Part shown: in pieces, positions 60,496-64,000 of the stretch
Layout of the letters: the number at the start of each line of letters is the position of its first letter
Numbering within the stretch: position 1 is the first letter of the stretch
Source of the DNA: Meiothermus sp.
GTDB taxonomy: Bacteria > Deinococcota > Deinococci > Deinococcales > Thermaceae
Assembly: GCA_033762915.1 (NCBI GenBank)
Contig: JANRLD010000115.1
Coordinates: 96,001 to 160,000 of the forward strand
Direction of reading: 5' to 3'
Length of the DNA stretch: 64,000 bases
Program-made: the position numbers and the translations under genes
The notes under the pieces: generated by a model
What the model was told of the DNA's origin: nothing
Database searches by the model: none
What the model saw: the letters and a program-made list of their open reading frames with translations, nothing else

Positions 60496-62712
60496 CTACA
60501 CCTGCACCCAGTTCACGTCCCGCACGTTCGTCACCTGCCTCAGCCGCTCGTCGAGGGCGGCCTGCTCGCCCTCTGACACGTCGATACGGGTGGAGATGCG
60601 GAAGAGGGTGGAGAGCGGAGAAGCGGGGTTGGAGTTGACCCCCATCGCGCTCTTGCCCATGCTAGCGATGGCGTCCATCACGTCGCGCAGTAGCCCGGCG
60701 CGGTCATCGGCCAGTACCTCGAGCTGAACCACCCGCCCGAGGCCCTGCCAGTAGGCCAGGGTCACGCGCCCCGGCTCGGCCTCCATCAGGCGGCGCATGT
60801 TGGGGCAGTCGGCCCGGTGGATGGTCACGCCGCGCCCGCGGGTCACATAGCCCAGAATGGCGTCGCCCTTGCCGGGGGTACAGCAGCTCGCCAGCTTGAT
60901 GGGCACCTGCAGGTCGGACTCGAGGCGGATGCCCAACTCGTTCTTGACCGGCTTGGGCTTCTCGGGGTGCGCCTCGACCTTGGGGGCCAGCAGCCGGGCG
61001 ATCTGGCCGGGGGCGACGCGCCCGCCCGCCACGGCGGAGTAGAGGTCGTCGAGCGAGGCGCTCTTGATCAGCCTGCGCCCGGCCTCCTCGAGCTGGCTTT
61101 CGAGGGGCTTGGGCATGGCCCGGCGTTTGAAGTAGCGCTCGAGGGCCCTCTGACCCTTCTCGAGGGTCTCGGTGCGCTCGAAGGCCCGGAAAAACATCCG
61201 CACCTTCTGCTTGGCACTGCGGGTCTTGGCGTACTCGAGCCAGTCCTTGGAGGGATGGGCAGTCTTGGCGGTCAGGACTTCGACGATCTCGCCGTTGGTC
61301 AGCTCGTAGCTGAGGGGGACGATGCGCCCATTGACCTTGGCCCCCACCATGCGGTTGCCCACCTCGGTGTGGATGTGATAGGCGAAGTCTACGGGCGAGG
61401 ACCCCTTGGGGAGGTTAATGATCTTCCCTTTAGGTGTGAATACGAACACCCGGTCGCCCAGCAGCTCCCTGGTAACGGCCTCCACGAAGTCGCGGGAGGA
61501 GCTGTACTCCTGCTGCCACTCCTGGATGCTCTTGAGCCAGCCGACCCGCTTCTTAACCTCCTCGGGGTTGGTCAGGCCCTCCTTGTAGAGCCAGTGCGCA
61601 GCAATACCGAACTCGGCCACCTGGTGCATCTCCTTGGAGCGGATTTGCACCTCCAGGGGCAGCCCGTTGACCGCGATCACGGTGGTATGCAGCGACTGGT
61701 AGCCGTTGGGCTTGGGAACGGCGATGTAGTCCTTGACCCGCCCCGGGATGGGCTGCCAGAGGGCGTGGGCCAGGCCCAGCACGTGGTAGCAGACCTGCTT
61801 CTCGCGCAGAGCCTTCTCCTCGGGGTCCTGGGCGGGGACGGGCTCCAAGATCACCCGAAGCGCGAGCAGGTCGTAAATCTGCTCGATGGCCTTCTCCTCG
61901 CGCTCCATCTTCTTCCAGATGCTGTACAGGTGTTTGGTACGGCCCGTGACCTCGACGCTCTTGACCGACTGCTTGAGGATGAAGTCGCGCTTGAGGGCGG
62001 TCTCGAGGGTCTCCCGCGCCTTCTGCACGGCGGCCTCGCGCTCGGACTGGTGGCTCTTGAGCTGGGCGTCGATCTGGGCGTAGTCCTCGGGGTCGAGGTA
62101 GCGGAAGGAAAGGTCTTCGAGCTCGAGCTTGACCTGCCCGATGCCCAGGCGGTGGGCCAGCGGGGCATAGATTTCCAGCGTCTCCTTGGCGATACGCCGC
62201 TGCTTGTGGGCGGGCATGAACTGCAGGGTACGCAGGTTGTGCAGCCGGTCGGCCAGCTTGACGATAATAATCCGCACGTCCTCGGCCATGGCGATAAACA
62301 TCTGCCGGAGGTCTTCGGCGTGCTTGTCTTCCTTGGTGGTGTCCTCGTGGGCAGCGTGGGCCAGCTTGTACAGCTTGGAGACCTTGGTCTCCCCCTCTAC
62401 GATCTTGCGCACCGCCTGGCCGAATTTCTCCTCGAGGGTCTCGGCCTTGGCCTCGGTGTCCTCGATGGTGTCGTGCAGCAGCCCAGCCATCAGGGTGTCG
62501 GTGTCCAGCTTAAGGTCGGCCAGAATCTGCGCCACCGCCACCGGGTGAATGATGTAAGGCTCGCCGCTCTTGCGCTTCTGCCCGTCGTGGGCGCTGTAAG
62601 CGAACTCCAGGGCAGAACGCACCCGCTCGCGCTGGCCGGGGTTCAGATACCTCAGGTGAGGCACGAGACCCTGCCAGAGCTGTTCAGGGGTGACGGCAAC
62701 CGCCTCCAACAC
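60496..62712 (-). CDS. rel: Bifunctional (p)ppGpp synthetase/hydrolase
   Basis: HD domain (LLHD), KPNGYQSLHT, EVQIR, TGS, ACT; TAAACT-N6-GTG. Confidence 0.95.
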   Translation of the reverse strand: MLEAVAVTPEQLWQGLVPHLRYLNPGQRERVRSALEFAYSAHDGQKRKSGEPYIIHPVAVAQILADLKLDTDTLMAGLLHDTIEDTEAKAETLEEKFGQAVRKIVEGETKVSKLYKLAHAAHEDTTKEDKHAEDLRQMFIAMAEDVRIIIVKLADRLHNLRTLQFMPAHKQRRIAKETLEIYAPLAHRLGIGQVKLELEDLSFRYLDPEDYAQIDAQLKSHQSEREAAVQKARETLETALKRDFILKQSVKSVEVTGRTKHLYSIWKKMEREEKAIEQIYDLLALRVILEPVPAQDPEEKALREKQVCYHVLGLAHALWQPIPGRVKDYIAVPKPNGYQSLHTTVIAVNGLPLEVQIRSKEMHQVAEFGIAAHWLYKEGLTNPEEVKKRVGWLKSIQEWQQEYSSSRDFVEAVTRELLGDRVFVFTPKGKIINLPKGSSPVDFAYHIHTEVGNRMVGAKVNGRIVPLSYELTNGEIVEVLTAKTAHPSKDWLEYAKTRSAKQKVRMFFRAFERTETLEKGQRALERYFKRRAMPKPLESQLEEAGRRLIKSASLDDLYSAVAGGRVAPGQIARLLAPKVEAHPEKPKPVKNELGIRLESDLQVPIKLASCCTPGKGDAILGYVTRGRGVTIHRADCPNMRRLMEAEPGRVTLAYWQGLGRVVQLEVLADDRAGLLRDVMDAIASMGKSAMGVNSNPASPLSTLFRISTRIDVSEGEQAALDERLRQVTNVRDVNWVQV

Positions 62713-62894
62713 GTGAATAGTTTAGCATCTGAGGGTTGCTAGACCAATTGCCGCGTATACGTTTGGCTCGAGCCCTGGTCTGCGCGGCTGCCCCTCTCTT
62801 CGGTCGCACACCAATTAGCACACGGGGCCGGGAGTGAGGGGCCGCAGGCCGCACGTTACAAGTATCCCCCCTGGCTTGCGGTAGAATTCCTGCC

Positions 62895-63305
62895 ATGGAC
62901 AGAAAGATTCGGGTGCTGGTAGCCAAACCAGGGCTGGACGGGCACGACCGGGGGGCCAAGGTGGTCGCCCGGGCGCTGCGGGACGCGGGCATGGAGGTGA
63001 TCTACACAGGGTTGCGCCAGACCCCCGAGATGATCGTCTCGGCAGCGCTGCAAGAGGACGTGGACGCCATCGGGCTCTCGGTGCTCTCCGGGGCACACAT
63101 GCACTACTTCTCCGAGGTTCGCCGCCTTCTGCTCGAGCAACAGGCCGACGACGTGCTTCTCTTCGGCGGCGGCATCATCCCCGACGAAGACTTGCCCCAC
63201 CTCAAGGAACTAGGGGTGAACGGCGTCTTCGGCCCCGGAACCAGCACCGGAGACATCGTGGGATTCCTAAACCAGGCCGTGCCGGAGCGCTGGGCAACGC
63301 AGTAG
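62895..63305 (+). CDS. Methylmalonyl-CoA mutase cobalamin-binding subunit
   Basis: [27 protein letters not shown]7-ATG. Confidence 0.93.
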   Translation: MDRKIRVLVAKPGLDGHDRGAKVVARALRDAGMEVIYTGLRQTPEMIVSAALQEDVDAIGLSVLSGAHMHYFSEVRRLLLEQQADDVLLFGGGIIPDEDLPHLKELGVNGVFGPGTSTGDIVGFLNQAVPERWATQ

Positions 63306-63378
63306 GGGGTAGAGGCGGGCGGCAAGATCAAAGACTCGAGTTCTGCCGCCCGACGCCCGCCACCTCAGGGAGGAAATC

Positions 63379-64000
63379 ATGGCAGCCGCACCCGTCAAGA
63401 CCAAGAAAAACGGCGTCACCGCGAAGCCAAAAACCGCAAAGCCCAAGACCACCAAGCCCCGGGTGAAGCCCACCGCCTGGGTCAAGGTTCCCGACCCCAA
63501 GGGGCTGCCCGAGGAGGCACAGGTACTGTTCGGCAAGTTCGAGGAGAAGACCGGGTTCGTGCCCAACGTGGCGCGGAACTTCGCCCTCACGCCCGAGCAC
63601 TTCCTGCGCTGGTTCCGCTACTACGACTTTCTGATGCGAGACGAGCGGCAGAGCCACCTAACCCGCGTAGAGCGCGAGATGATCGCGGTGGTGGTGTCCT
63701 CGGCGAACGAGTGCGAATACTGTCTGGCCTCGCACTCAGCCTACCTGCGCGACCTCACCGGCGACAAAATCCTGCCCGACGTGCTGGCCGCCAATTTCCG
63801 CCGTGCCCACCTGGAGCCCCGTGAGCACGCCCTGCTCGAGTTCGCCTACCACCTCACCGTGGACTCCGCCACCATGAACCCCGCCGACCTGCAGATGCTC
63901 CGCGCCCTGGGCCTCTCCGACGAGGCCATCTTCGAGGCCGCCCAGGTCGCGGCCATGTTCAACTTCACCAACCGGCTGGCCAACAGCATGGGCTGGCTGC
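63379..64000 (+). CDS. AhpD/CMD-family peroxidase-related enzyme (runs off the window end)
   Basis: SD GGGAGG; GFVPNV, EREMIAVVVS, CEYCLASH, FNFTNRL. Confidence 0.88.
   Translation, partial: MAAAPVKTKKNGVTAKPKTAKPKTTKPRVKPTAWVKVPDPKGLPEEAQVLFGKFEEKTGFVPNVARNFALTPEHFLRWFRYYDFLMRDERQSHLTRVEREMIAVVVSSANECEYCLASHSAYLRDLTGDKILPDVLAANFRRAHLEPREHALLEFAYHLTVDSATMNPADLQMLRALGLSDEAIFEAAQVAAMFNFTNRLANSMGWL

Overview
High-GC bacterial chromosome segment, most consistent with Thermaceae (Meiothermus/Calidithermus-like). This is inferred from pervasive TANNNT-N6/7-start leaderless genes, very frequent CTCGAG and gene content. It contains an S8 protease, a 6-gene anthraniloyl/salicylyl-CoA catabolic cluster, xylB, miaB, an amino-sugar locus (nanE, RpiR, ABC transporter, nagZ), a chromate transporter pair, ftsK, trxB, a BacNav/Cav-type channel, tRNA-fMet, fni, galE, an ArsR-DUF6428-arsN2-arsN1-methyltransferase-MFS locus and rel. 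The standout is a ~12.8 kb minus-strand, translationally coupled operon (27040-39855) encoding a RIO kinase, a SAM methyltransferase, an isochorismatase-family hydrolase and 11 GNAT acetyltransferases. It is preceded by an unannotated 26-aa leader peptide with terminator/antiterminator hairpins, i.e. a probable ribosome-controlled attenuator. Also notable are an unannotated ~120-nt transcript encoding a 12-aa peptide, a TGEGWTD channel selectivity filter, and several MITE/REP-like families, including a 101-bp MITE nested inside another repeat with its empty site visible elsewhere in the window. All product calls come from motif recognition by eye, with no database searches.
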